64,000 nucleotides of DNA from Eledone cirrhosa (taxonomy: Eukaryota). The translations under genes and the position numbers were made by a program. Under the pieces are notes generated by a model. It was given only the letters and a program-made list of their open reading frames with translations, did not search any database and was not told the origin of the DNA. The DNA lies in the NCBI GenBank assembly GCA_964016885.1, contig CAXHJY010001251.1, forward strand, positions 1 through 64,000, read 5' to 3'. Positions 27,304 through 41,339 of the stretch are shown piece by piece (the first letter of the stretch is position 1; each line of letters opens with the position of its first letter).

Positions 27304-27459
27304 TTCAAATTCACCAATGAGCCTCCCTAATTTGCCTCGTACTCCAGCTTCCTCAAAAACCTCGCGCTCCGCAGCTATTGCTGGAGGCTCCGATGGTTCA
27401 ATTCCTCCCCCTGGTACAATCCATCGATCTTTATATCTACTACTTGATACAAGTAAGAT
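27304..27459 (-). CDS. NUDT3: Internal exon of a diphosphoinositol polyphosphate phosphohydrolase (NUDT3/NUDT4, Drosophila Aps-like)
   Basis: Minus strand: polypyrimidine tract and ttttcag acceptor, 52 codons ILLVSSSRYKDRWIVPGGGIEPSEPPAIAAEREVFEEAGVRGKLGRLIGEFE, then gtaagt donor. Contains the Nudix box (GGG.E......A.RE..EEAG) and matches recalled NUDT3 VLLVSSSRHPDRWIVPGGGMEP...LGRLVGIFE. Other exons not found; NUDT3 vs NUDT4 orthology not resolvable. Confidence 0.93.
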
Positions 27460-28759
27460 CTGAAAAGATAAGCAAAAAAAAAAAAAAACATTACTACTAT
27501 AATATGTGTGTGTGTGTGGGGGGTGGGGGGGGGGGGGGGGGGGGCTTAGTGGTTATGGTATATGGCTCATGATCGTAAAGCAAGTCACTTCATTCCGCGT
27601 TGCTCCAGTAGAGAAACTGAGTTGTAACTGATCTGTAATTCACATCTTGCTCAAAAACTTCCTATTTTAACATATCTACAGCTAGATGCCCTTCCTAACA
27701 TCAACCACTTTACAGAGTGCACTGGGAGCATTATATCATGACTCCAGCACTAGAGAGGCTGGCTATCTTGTCCTCGACAAGAGTTCTCTCTATCATTTAT
27801 TAAAATAGATGGCTGGAATGTTGACCAATCAGAATACTCCATGGTTTCATGTAAACAACATGAATTGAAGCTAATCATTTCTTTGGATAATATAAATTAT
27901 TATGGCAGGACATCTTCTTAGAAGTATGTAAACATAATTGAAACATCATATTTTAAAAAACAACCTCATAACATATCACTAGAATTTTCTTGATACATTT
28001 AACATAGCTGACAGCAATATAAGACTGATTTATATCATCAATAGTAAACAGAATAAAGTGTCTTTGAACATGAATGAGAACCTCTCAGTAGACTGGCAAT
28101 GAGAGAGACAGAGATAGGGAGAGGGAGAGATGGGGATGGGGAGAGGGAGAGAGAGAAACAGAGACAGAGATGGGGAGAGGGAGAGAGAGAAACAGAGATT
28201 CGGGAGAGAAGTTCTATAGAAAACCATAGAAAAAATTTAATATATAATTCATTAACAAAGCAAATAGCTGTGTATTTGGTTATACATAAAAGAACCTGAG
28301 TTTATAGATATATCATCATCATCATCATCATCATTTTACGTCTGCTCTTTCCTGCTTGCAAGGGTAGGACATAAAAAGTGTTACACAAAAAGAAGCCAAG
28401 TGATATATATCTATAGGAAGAGAGAGAGAGAGAGACTGCCTGTTGTTTTCAAGTCATTTGAAAATATTTAAGAGTTTGGGGCGATTTAGTAATATAAACT
28501 TTTTTGCTATTAAGATGGTGTTTGGAATATAAACTTAACATAAAATCATGATGGAAGAGTTTTTAATGAATATAAACACTTAAAACAAATAGTTTTGTAT
28601 TTTAGTGGTTGGTTTTAGGCAATTTGATATCTAATTCGTTGAATTGGGAAATGTAAGGAAATATATTGGAATTGGTGGCTGGCTGATCAGAAGACAACAA
28701 ACTGGATAGTAAATCAAGAGTGTGACACAAAATATACAAATACACACATACACACACAC

Positions 28760-28805
<46 letters not shown>

Positions 28806-29040
28806 GAATAATCGAGTATCGAAAAATCGGCGCACGAGTTCACGATAAACAAAATTCGAAATGAGCGGCAGAGGGCTCAATAATTCAGATAAATCAGAGC
28901 TATAACTATCGTTAAAATACCAACACACATAGAACATGTCTAAAATCAACCATACGACCGAAAAATTACGATCTGGAAGATTCGGGACACTCAGATAAAA
29001 TATCAATAAATCAATAAATCAAATGAATTATATATATATA

Positions 29041-29388
29041 TCATCATCATCGTTTTACATCTGTTCTTCCACGCTAGCATGGGTTAGACGGGTTGTCCTG
29101 TTGTGAGTAGTGTCCAGTCTTGCCCATACGAGAACTGATTCTGGCTTGATTTCCTTTTACAGTGAGTGTTGGGTGCTTTTTTTTACCCGTGGCACCTCCA
29201 CGACCACTTTGCAGTGGATGATAGGGACCCCCAGTCCGATCATCTCATTTCTACAGCTGAGTAAACTGGAGCAATGTGAAATAAAGTGTCTTGCTCAAGG
29301 AAACAACACATCACCCGGTCTGAGAATTGAACTCACAACCTTTCGATTGCCAGCCCAGTGCTCTAACCACTAAGCCATGCGCCTTCAC
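29041..29388 (-). mobile_element. SINE group B with the alternative (RTE-A-type) tail
   Basis: Same head and core; tail reads cgtctaacccatgctagcgtggaag on the minus strand. Confidence 0.8.
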
Positions 29389-29514
29389 ACACACACACTT
29401 ATATATATATATGATCTTATATATTATGTATACTCCAGTCCTACAAAACTGTAGAGTGCTTCTTATCCGATATCTGCATTGCTTTATTGTACTACAATAA
29501 AACTCACCTCCTAC

Positions 29515-29571
<57 letters not shown>

Positions 29572-29604
29572 CATAAAATAAGAAAATTATAAAATTAACT
29601 TACT

Positions 29605-29644
<40 letters not shown>

Positions 29645-29752
29645 AGGAATTCCAACTTTGTCTGATTTACTCGTTTTATTTACAATCCTTTAAAATTTAT
29701 AATGGTATTAGAATGAAATAGTATGGTAGAATATTAAATGTTAAGTGTTAAT

Positions 29753-29791
29753 TGAACAAGTACTTTCATGCTTTCGCAATCTTCAGGTTCA
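29753..29791 (-). ncRNA. Minimal type-I hammerhead ribozyme, left arm of palindrome
   Basis: Exact reverse complement of 29883-29921. Confidence 0.8.
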
Positions 29792-29882
29792 TAATGTGTG
29801 GTGACAGTCAAGTTTGCAATTTTCAACTGTGACGTTTCAAAAGACAGTTGATAATTGCAAATTTGACTGTCACCACACATTA

Positions 29883-29921
29883 TGAACCTGAAGATTGCGA
29901 AAGCATGAAAGTACTTGTTCA
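29883..29921 (+). ncRNA. Minimal type-I hammerhead ribozyme (Penelope-like type), right arm of palindrome
   Basis: Stem I UGAAC/GUUCA, core CUGAAGA, stem II U-UGC-GAAA-GCA-U, GAAA, palindromic stem III AGUACU, predicted cleavage after CUU (29916). Confidence 0.8.
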
Positions 29922-30092
29922 ATTAACACTTAACATTTAATATTCTACCATACTATTTCATTCTAATACCATTATAAATTTTAAAGGATTGTAAATAAAA
30001 CGAGTAAATCAGACAAAGGTGGAATTCCTTTTATTAATATAATCTTCTATACACAATCATACACACCCGTGTATATTTATCTATCTATCTAT

Positions 30093-30433
30093 GGAGGCAC
30101 ATGGCTTAGTGGTTAGAGCACTGGCCTTGCAATTGAAACGTTGTGAGTTCAATTCTCAGACCGTGTGATGTGTTGTTTCCTTGAGCAAGACACTTTATTT
30201 CACATTGCTCCAGTTTACTCAGCTGTAGAAATGAGATGATAGGGACAGGAGTCCCTATCATTCCACTGCAAAGTGGTCGTGGAGGTGCCACGGCAAAAAA
30301 ACACCCAGCACTCACTGTAAATGAGGTTGGTGTTAGGAAGGGCATCCAGCTGTAGAAATCAAGCCAGAATCAGTTCCCGTCCCACCCTTGCAAGCAGGGA
30401 AAAGCGGACGTAAAATGAAATGATGATGATGAT
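30093..30433 (+). mobile_element. SINE group B, full length
   Basis: Near-identical to 17023-17365; atctatctat on both flanks (possible TSD). Confidence 0.88.
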
Positions 30434-30765
30434 CTATCTATATATATATATATATAATAAAGAGTTGGTACCTGACAGCTGAGTTCTTGCAATTTGAACA
30501 GCTAGTTTCAGTCTAGAACTACCTTTTGAAACGTCAAGAGCTCACCCGGTAGCTCCCAACTCTTTATAATATAATCATAATCTACTACCCCAAGTATCGA
30601 GTACACTGTTGATGAGCAATGGTGGTAACTAGTTTTAAACTGGTTCTAGCCTGATATATATATATATGTATGTATATATGTAAAAGGTAAATAGAAATAA
30701 CAACACAATCAGTAGAGTATATGGAAGGAATATATTAGGTTAACGCTTGAAATAGCAGGAAGAGG

Positions 30766-30803
30766 GTCTTAATGTTTCAGACGCTAGTCCTTCATCAGAA
30801 GAA
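30766..30803 (-). ncRNA. Degenerate hammerhead-like motif in a Penelope-like remnant
   Basis: Minus: UUCUU CUGAUGA A-GGAC-UAGC-GUCU GAAAC AUUA AGA; core present, stems I and III weak. Confidence 0.5.
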
Positions 30804-31982
30804 AGACTGATAAATAAAAGAGATTGAAGGGACCAGCAGGGTGGAATTGGAAAAAATGTCTTTAGATTATATATATATATTTTAATAAGTGCAGAATACA
30901 ACAGTATATATTTTAATAAGCCAAAGACACATTTTACTTAACCCTTTCATGACTGCATTTCTAATGAAATACACTATTTTAATTAATTAATGAAGAATTG
31001 TGAAGGGTTTACTAAAATTATTAATTATTTCAAATTACAATTTGGTTTTTCGCTCTAACATAGTGTATATGAAAATGCATTCATGAATTTTATATTGAAT
31101 AATGATAATATTCGATTTATTTGCAAGCAAACAGCCTCATTATGCTATGTTTATTAGATGACCATCACCATCCTTTTGTTCTAGTGGTGACAGAGAAACA
31201 ATCATTGTTTCTGTCACTCTTAGAACAAAAGGATGCCGATTGTGTGTGTGAGTGTGTGTAATACAGTATCAACAGAAAATGCACACAGAAAGACAGCTAT
31301 GAATAACAAGTTGCATCCGAACCTTGTCAGCCACCTTCCAGCATGCAATTTTGTGTATGTAGGTGAGATTACATTTGTCACGCTAGTTTGTGCAACAGAT
31401 TATAGAACCGTTATAAAGAACGGACAGGAATATACTACGACTGGAAATAAAGAAACAATAGATTTGTGAATGAATTAAGACAAAAGACTATAAAATATGC
31501 AACAGGTTAATGTTGGAAAGATGGAAAAAATTTAGACTTTTGTCAAAGAAATGATGTTGGCAGAGACTAATAAAAATAGATCTGCTTCCTATTACCGAAT
31601 TACCGAATCTAAGGAATAGAAGGAAGATGGATTAGTGGGAAGAAACTGAGAAAAGGAGTGTGACAGAAATAGAAAAGAGAATATATAATCATATATATAT
31701 ATGTTTGTGTGTGTGTGTGTGTGTGTGTATAATCAATTTGTTCGATTATTGAGACAACACTACTAAATATGTATGAGTATAATCTGCTTCTGAAATTCAT
31801 TTCAGTGATCATTGAGTAAGATAGAGTGTGGGACAGTGTTACAATGACACAGGTGCACAAAGCATCTGATGGTAGTGTGATTTCGTAAATCTATTACTGT
31901 GTGTATGTGTATATATATATATATATATATACATATATACACACATACACACAGTAATAGATTTACGAAATCACACTACCAT

Positions 31983-33949
<1,967 letters not shown>

Positions 33950-36289
33950 AGACTGATAATTAGCGACCTCATAGTCAGGTCGAGACGTACTCGACAGCAG
34001 AAGAGGACTATCCTCAGGAGAAAAATATGGAAGCTAAAGGACCCCACAGCCAAAAATAAATTTCAAAACATATTACTTGATGCTTTCGACAGTAAGGAAG
34101 AACACTTAGAGTCGGACAATATAGAGGGACAGTGGGAATTTCTGAAAGCAAACCTGCTGTTGGCCACAGACGAAGTCTGTGGCTGGAGCAGGCCTGTAGG
34201 CAGGAGGAGAGTAACATGGTGGTGGAACAGTAAGGTGGAGGAGTCAATTAAGGCCAAAAAGCAGGCTTGGAAAGTATGGCGGGATGGGGGAAGTAGAGTA
34301 GACTATCAAGTGGCCAGGAGGGAAGCTAGGAGAGAAGTGTACTTAGCAAGAAGGGAAGCTGAGGAAAGAAAGTTCAAGCATGTCCTACAACGCGATGACC
34401 AAAAACGTGAGGTGTTCAGGATTGCTAGGCAATGCGTCAAGGAAAACCGTGATATTGTCGGGGAGAAGTGTGTACTTAACGATGATGGCATACTTGCCAT
34501 CACCGACACTGATAAGAAGGCAGCTTGGAAGTGTCACTATGAAAGGCTACTAAATGAGGAGAATAAATGGGAGAAAGACAGTCTCCCCCATGTCGACCCA
34601 ATAGAGGGACCAGCAGTGTTAGTCGAGGGGAGTATAATAAGTAAGGCAATCAAGGATATGAAGACAGGTAAGGCGGCTGGGCCTTCGGAAATAGTTGCTG
34701 AGATGCTGAAGGCATCTGGCACGGTGGGACACACCATGGTCACCCGCATAGTTAACCAAGTCGTACAGAATGGGGCTGTTCCGAAGGACTGGCATAGCAG
34801 CATCATCGTTAACTGTTATAAGGGTAAAGGAGACGCCCTAGATAGGAGTAACTATAGAGGCATTAAATTAATCGACCAGGTCATGAAGGTCACAGAAAAA
34901 GTAATAGCGCAACTAATCAGAGAGAGAATTGACCTAGATGAAATGCAGTTCGGGTTTGTGTCAGGCAAAAGTACCACAGACGCTCTTTTCATAGTACGAC
35001 AACTACAGGAGAAGTACCTAGCTAAAGGTAAACCCCTCTACTTAGCTTTTGTCGACTTGGAGAAAGCCTTCGACAGAGTCCCCCGCTCCATTATCTGGTG
35101 GGCTCTTAGAAAACTAGGCGTTGACGAATGGCTTGTGAGGGCTATACAAGCCATGTATAAAGAAACAGTCAGCAAGGTTAGAATTAACAACGAATATAGT
35201 GAAGAGTTTAGCGTAAAAGTTGGCGTCCATCAGGGCTCTGTTCTCAGCCCCCTACTATTTATTATTGCCCTTCAGGCTATAACAGAGGAGTTCAAGACAG
35301 GCTGCCCATGGGAACTCCTATACGCAGACGACCTGACACTCATAGCGGAATCAATGGCCGAGCTAGAGAAGAAATTCCAAACATGGAAGCACGGCCTAGA
35401 GTCAAAAGGACTTAAAATTAACCTGGCTAAGACCAAAGTTCTAGTTTGTAGGAAAGAAAACAAGGCGGCGGTCCCTTCTGGGAAATGGTCGTGCTCGGTG
35501 TGTAGGAAAGGCGTAGGTAGAAACTCCATTTTGTGTCCTAAATGCAAAGTATGGGTGCATAAAAGATGTAGTGGGATCACAGGTAAGCTAACTAAGAACA
35601 TAGATTTTACATGTGGCCGGTGTTCTGGTGCAATAAGTAGCAGCAAGTGCCCACACAATACTAGCTCTTTCAATTGCGCAGAGGGTTCTATAGAAATAGT
35701 GGACAGCTTCCGTTACCTGGGCGATAAAATCAGCAGTGGGGGAGGGTGCTCTGAAAGTACTGTAGCTAGAGTCAGAACTGGTTGGAAAAAGTTCAGAGAG
35801 CTTATACCACTATTAGCTGCTAAAGGGTTCTCCCTAAAAATGAAAGGCAGGTTGTACGATGCCTGCATACGAACAGCAATGTTGCATGGCAGTGAGACCT
35901 GGGCATTGTGTGCAGAGGATATACGCAGACTAGAGAGGAACGAAGCTTGCATGCTCCGCTGGATGTGTAACAGTAATATACGTGAACGGCAAAGCATAAA
36001 CGAACTAAGGAAAAAATTAGAGATAAGAGGGATCAGATGTTGTTTACTCGAGAGAAGGCTACGTTGGTATGGACACGTGATGCGCATGAAAGTCGATAGC
36101 TGTATAACAAAGTGCAGGGCAATAAAGATAGACGGTAGCCACGGAATAGGCAGACCTAGAAAAACCTGGGACGAGCTGATAAACTCCGACCTCACACACT
36201 TACACCTCTCCAAGACAATGTCACTGGACCGAGACCTTTGGCGGTACTCAGTAACAGAGAAGACCCGCCTTGCCAGTAGGCATCTCTAA
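33950..36289 (+). CDS. RTE ORF2 remnant (reverse transcriptase, PHD finger, C-terminal domain), uninterrupted
   Basis: 709-aa ORF of the track extends upstream in frame to RLIISDL..., typical of the end of an APE endonuclease domain; no stops seen. Confidence 0.9.
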   Translation, partial: RLIISDLIVRSRRTRQQKRTILRRKIWKLKDPTAKNKFQNILLDAFDSKEEHLESDNIEGQWEFLKANLLLATDEVCGWSRPVGRRRVTWWWNSKVEESIKAKKQAWKVWRDGGSRVDYQVARREARREVYLARREAEERKFKHVLQRDDQKREVFRIARQCVKENRDIVGEKCVLNDDGILAITDTDKKAAWKCHYERLLNEENKWEKDSLPHVDPIEGPAVLVEGSIISKAIKDMKTGKAAGPSEIVAEMLKASGTVGHTMVTRIVNQVVQNGAVPKDWHSSIIVNCYKGKGDALDRSNYRGIKLIDQVMKVTEKVIAQLIRERIDLDEMQFGFVSGKSTTDALFIVRQLQEKYLAKGKPLYLAFVDLEKAFDRVPRSIIWWALRKLGVDEWLVRAIQAMYKETVSKVRINNEYSEEFSVKVGVHQGSVLSPLLFIIALQAITEEFKTGCPWELLYADDLTLIAESMAELEKKFQTWKHGLESKGLKINLAKTKVLVCRKENKAAVPSGKWSCSVCRKGVGRNSILCPKCKVWVHKRCSGITGKLTKNIDFTCGRCSGAISSSKCPHNTSSFNCAEGSIEIVDSFRYLGDKISSGGGCSESTVARVRTGWKKFRELIPLLAAKGFSLKMKGRLYDACIRTAMLHGSETWALCAEDIRRLERNEACMLRWMCNSNIRERQSINELRKKLEIRGIRCCLLERRLRWYGHVMRMKVDSCITKCRAIKIDGSHGIGRPRKTWDELINSDLTHLHLSKTMSLDRDLWRYSVTEKTRLASRHL

Positions 36290-36650
36290 CAAAATACACC
36301 CCGTCCCACCACCACCACCCCCACCCCATCCACACCACCCCGTCCTATGTAAAGTTATGTTGGTGCCGCGCCATCCGGGCCGAAACAAATGAGATCGTGT
36401 AGGTGTCACGACAAAAAAACACACAGTCCACGCTGTAATGTGGCCGTGTAGGCAACACGGTAAAAACCTCCCAGACCCACACTGTAAATGTGGTTGGTGT
36501 TAGGAAGGGCATCCAACTGTAGAAAACCTGCCAGACAGTCCTATGCGAGCAAGACAATCACTCTTGCCTCAAGTGGGACTACCCCCGTCCAAACCCATGC
36601 AAGCGTGGAACACGGACGTTAAACGTTGATGATGATGATGATGATGATGA
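33950..36650 (+). mobile_element. RTE-clade LINE, family A, 5'-truncated at the end of the endonuclease domain; longest copy
   Basis: Open frame 33950-36289 with RT motifs ([30 protein letters not shown]), PHD finger and RTE C-terminus ([16 protein letters not shown]); ~350-bp 3' UTR and (GAT)n tail. Confidence 0.95.
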
Positions 36651-36952
36651 TATACATATACATATATATATATATACATATACAAACAGAAAAAATGAAA
36701 CAAAATATCATTTCCCACTCTTAGTACGGCTGTTACTTAAATATAAGTATGTATATGTACATACATATATGTATACAGACGTACAGTAGTATGTATATAT
36801 ATATATATATATACATGCACACATATATATATGTACGTATGGATTCACCGAACATTTGTTATAATGCTCGGTGTGTTTGTAAACAAACATCCCGTATTAA
36901 GCCATAGTGTCCAGCAACCATCGTTGCTCGTTTGTTCAACACTGACAAAGGA

Positions 36953-36995
36953 ACGCTGTACTAGTTTCAAGCTTATTAGCTATCGTCAGCAACGT
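36953..36995 (-). ncRNA. Minimal type-I hammerhead ribozyme
   Basis: Minus: ACGUUG CUGACGA U-AGCU-AAUA-AGCU-U GAAA CUAG UA/ CAGCGU; 6-bp stem I, palindromic ACUAGU stem III, GUA cleavage triplet. Confidence 0.85.
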
Positions 36996-37016
36996 ATACC
37001 ATCCTGCCAGATTGTT

Positions 37017-37481
37017 GATATATACATATACATATATATACATATAGATACATATACATATAGATACATATAGATACATATAGATATATATATACATATA
37101 GATATATATATACATATAGATATATATATACATATAGATATATATACATATAGATATATATACATATATATATATATACATATAGATCTATACATATAGA
37201 TATATATACATATAGATATATATACATATACATATATATATACATATAGATATATATACATATAGATATATATATACATAGATATATATATACATAGATA
37301 TATATACATATAGATATATATACATATAGATATATATACATATACATACATATATATACATATACATATATATACATATACATACATATACATATACATA
37401 TACATACAGATACATATATATATACATATACATATATATATACATATACATACATATATACATATACATACATATATATAC

Positions 37482-37514
<33 letters not shown>

Positions 37515-38180
37515 CATACATATATATATATATATATATACATATATATAGTTATACATATATACATATATACATAGTTATACATATATACATATATACA
37601 TACATATATATATATATATATATACATATATATATAGTTATACATATATACATAGTTATACATATATACATATATACATACATATATATATATATACATA
37701 TATATATAGTTATACATATATACATAGTTATACATATATACATATATACATACATATATACATACATATATATATACATACACATATATATACATATATA
37801 TATACATATATATATACATACACATATATATACATATATATATACATACACATATATATACATACACATATATACATACATATATATATACATACACATA
37901 TATATACATATAGATATATAAACATATACATACATATACATATATATACATATAGATATATATACATATAGATATATAAACATATACATACATATACATA
38001 TATATACATATAGATATATATACATATAGATATATATACATATAGATATATATACATAGATATATATACATATACATATATATACATATACATATATATA
38101 CATATACATATATATACATATAGATATATATACATATAGATATATATATACATATAGATATATATACATATAGATATATA

Positions 38181-38262
<82 letters not shown>

Positions 38263-38279
38263 CATATATATATACATAC

Positions 38280-38312
<33 letters not shown>

Positions 38313-38318
38313 CATACA

Positions 38319-38352
<34 letters not shown>

Positions 38353-38522
38353 GTTATACATATATACATATATATATAGTTATACATATATACATACATA
38401 CATATATATATATATATACATATATATATAGTTATACATATATACATATATACATACATATATATATATATAGTTTATACATATATACATACATACATAT
38501 ATATATATATAGTTATACATAT

Positions 38523-38579
<57 letters not shown>

Positions 38580-38582
38580 GTT

Positions 38583-38617
<35 letters not shown>

Positions 38618-39422
38618 CATATATATATAGTTATACATATATACATATATACATAGTTATACATATATACATACATACATACATACATATATACATACAT
38701 ATATACATACATACATATATACATACATACATATATACATACATACATACATACATATATATATATATACATACATACATACATATATATATATATACAT
38801 ATATATACATATTTACATATACATACATATATATATATATACATACACATATATATACATATATATATATATACATACACATATATATACATATATATAT
38901 ACATACACATATATATACATATATATATACATACACATATATATACATATATATATACATACACATATATATACACATATATATACATACACATATATAT
39001 ACATATATATATACATACACATATATATATACATACACATATATATACATATATATATATACACATATATATACACACACATATATACACACATATATAT
39101 ATATTTACATATATATACATATATACACACATATACATATATACACACATATACATATACATATATACACATATATATATATACATATATACACACATAT
39201 ATATATACATATATACACACATATACATATACATATATACACACATACATATACATATATACACACATATACATATACATATATACACATATACATATAC
39301 ATATATACACATATATATATACACATATATACACATATATACATATACACATACATATACACATATATACACATATATATACATATATATATATATACAT
39401 ATATATACATACATATATATAC

Positions 39423-39469
<47 letters not shown>

Positions 39470-39523
39470 CATATATATATATACATACATATATAATATA
39501 TATACATATATATATATACATAC

Positions 39524-39554
<31 letters not shown>

Positions 39555-39587
39555 CAAATATATACAAATATATATATATATATATAT

Positions 39588-39658
<71 letters not shown>

Positions 39659-39805
39659 CATATATACATATATATATACATATATACATATATACATATA
39701 TATATACATATATACATATATATATACATATATACATATATATATACATATATACATATATATATATATATACATATATACATATATATATATATACATA
39801 TATAC

Positions 39806-39858
<53 letters not shown>

Positions 39859-39867
39859 CATATATAC

Positions 39868-39912
<45 letters not shown>

Positions 39913-39941
39913 TACATATATATATACATATACATATATAC

Positions 39942-40002
<61 letters not shown>

Positions 40003-40071
40003 CATATATACATATATATATATATACATATATACATATATACATATACATATATATATACATATATATAC

Positions 40072-40105
<34 letters not shown>

Positions 40106-40180
40106 ATACATACATATATATATATATACATACATATATATATACATACATACATATATATATATATACATACATATATA

Positions 40181-40235
<55 letters not shown>

Positions 40236-40415
40236 ATACATACATATATATATATACATATATATAATATACATATATACATATATATATATATACATAT
40301 ATACATATATATATATACATATATATATATACATATATATATATATACATATACATATATACATATATATACATACATATATATATATATACATATATAT
40401 ATATACATATACATA

Positions 40416-40473
<58 letters not shown>

Positions 40474-40488
40474 CATATATACGTATAT
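37017..40488. repeat. ~3.5-kb (TA)n-derived compound array with sub-blocks
   Basis: Blocks of catatagatatata, gttatacatatatac and catacacatatata units; ends at the RTE B 5' junction. Confidence 0.97.
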
Positions 40489-41305
40489 ATATGCAGAAAA
40501 GGAACTGGCATAAATTCTATAAAATGCACACAATGTAGATCCTGGGTACACAAGAGATGTAGCGGGATAGCAGGCAAACTAACAGGTAGGGAGAAATATG
40601 TATGCAGTAGATGTACAGGGAAATTAAACAGTAGAAGTCGCACTGACAGACACATTTTTCAAATGCGAGAGGGCGCTATAGAAGTGGTGGATAGCTTCCG
40701 GTACCTAGGAGATCAGATTAGCATGGGAGGAGGGTGTTCCGAGGCCATAGTATCTAGAATAAGGACGGGTTGGAAGAAGTTTAGGGAGCTGCTTCCTCTG
40801 TTGACGAAGAAGGGTTTCTCCCTGCGTACGAAAGGCCGGTTGTATGATGCCTGTGTGAGGAGCGCGATGCTGCATGGTAGTGAGACATGGGCAGCAACCG
40901 CAGAAGATATGCGACAGCTGGAGAGAAATGAGGCAAGCATGCTCCGTTGGATGTGCAGTGTAAATGTGCGTGAACGACCCAGCATAAATGTGTTGAGAGA
41001 GAAACTGTGTCTGAGAGGGATAGAATGTAGTGTACGGGAGAGGAGACTGAGGTGGTATGGACATGTGATGCGCATGGAGGATGACCGATGGGTGAAGAAG
41101 TGCCAGGAAATGCCAGTTGAAGGAAGACGTGGTAGAGGTAGACCACGAAAAACATGGGCGGAGGTGGTGAGAACAGACCTCAGATCATTGAAGCTCACGG
41201 TGGAGATGACGAGGGACCGTGACGAGTGGAGAGATGCTGTGCTGAATAAGACCCGTCCCACCCTTGCAAGCAGGGAAAAGCGGACGTAAAATGATGATGA
41301 TGATG
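40489..41305 (+). mobile_element. RTE family B, 3' fragment
   Basis: [26 protein letters not shown]...CSRC then ORF 40663-41289; stop TAA directly followed by (ATG)n tail. Confidence 0.93.
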
Positions 41306-41339
41306 ATATATATATATACATATATATATACATATATGT

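Larger units (their letters stand above)
29639..30035. repeat. 397-bp palindrome (192-bp arms, 13-nt spacer); probable inverted Penelope-like terminal repeats
   Basis: Arms 29639-29830 and 29844-30035 are reverse complements, with 3 mismatches found by eye. Confidence 0.95.
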
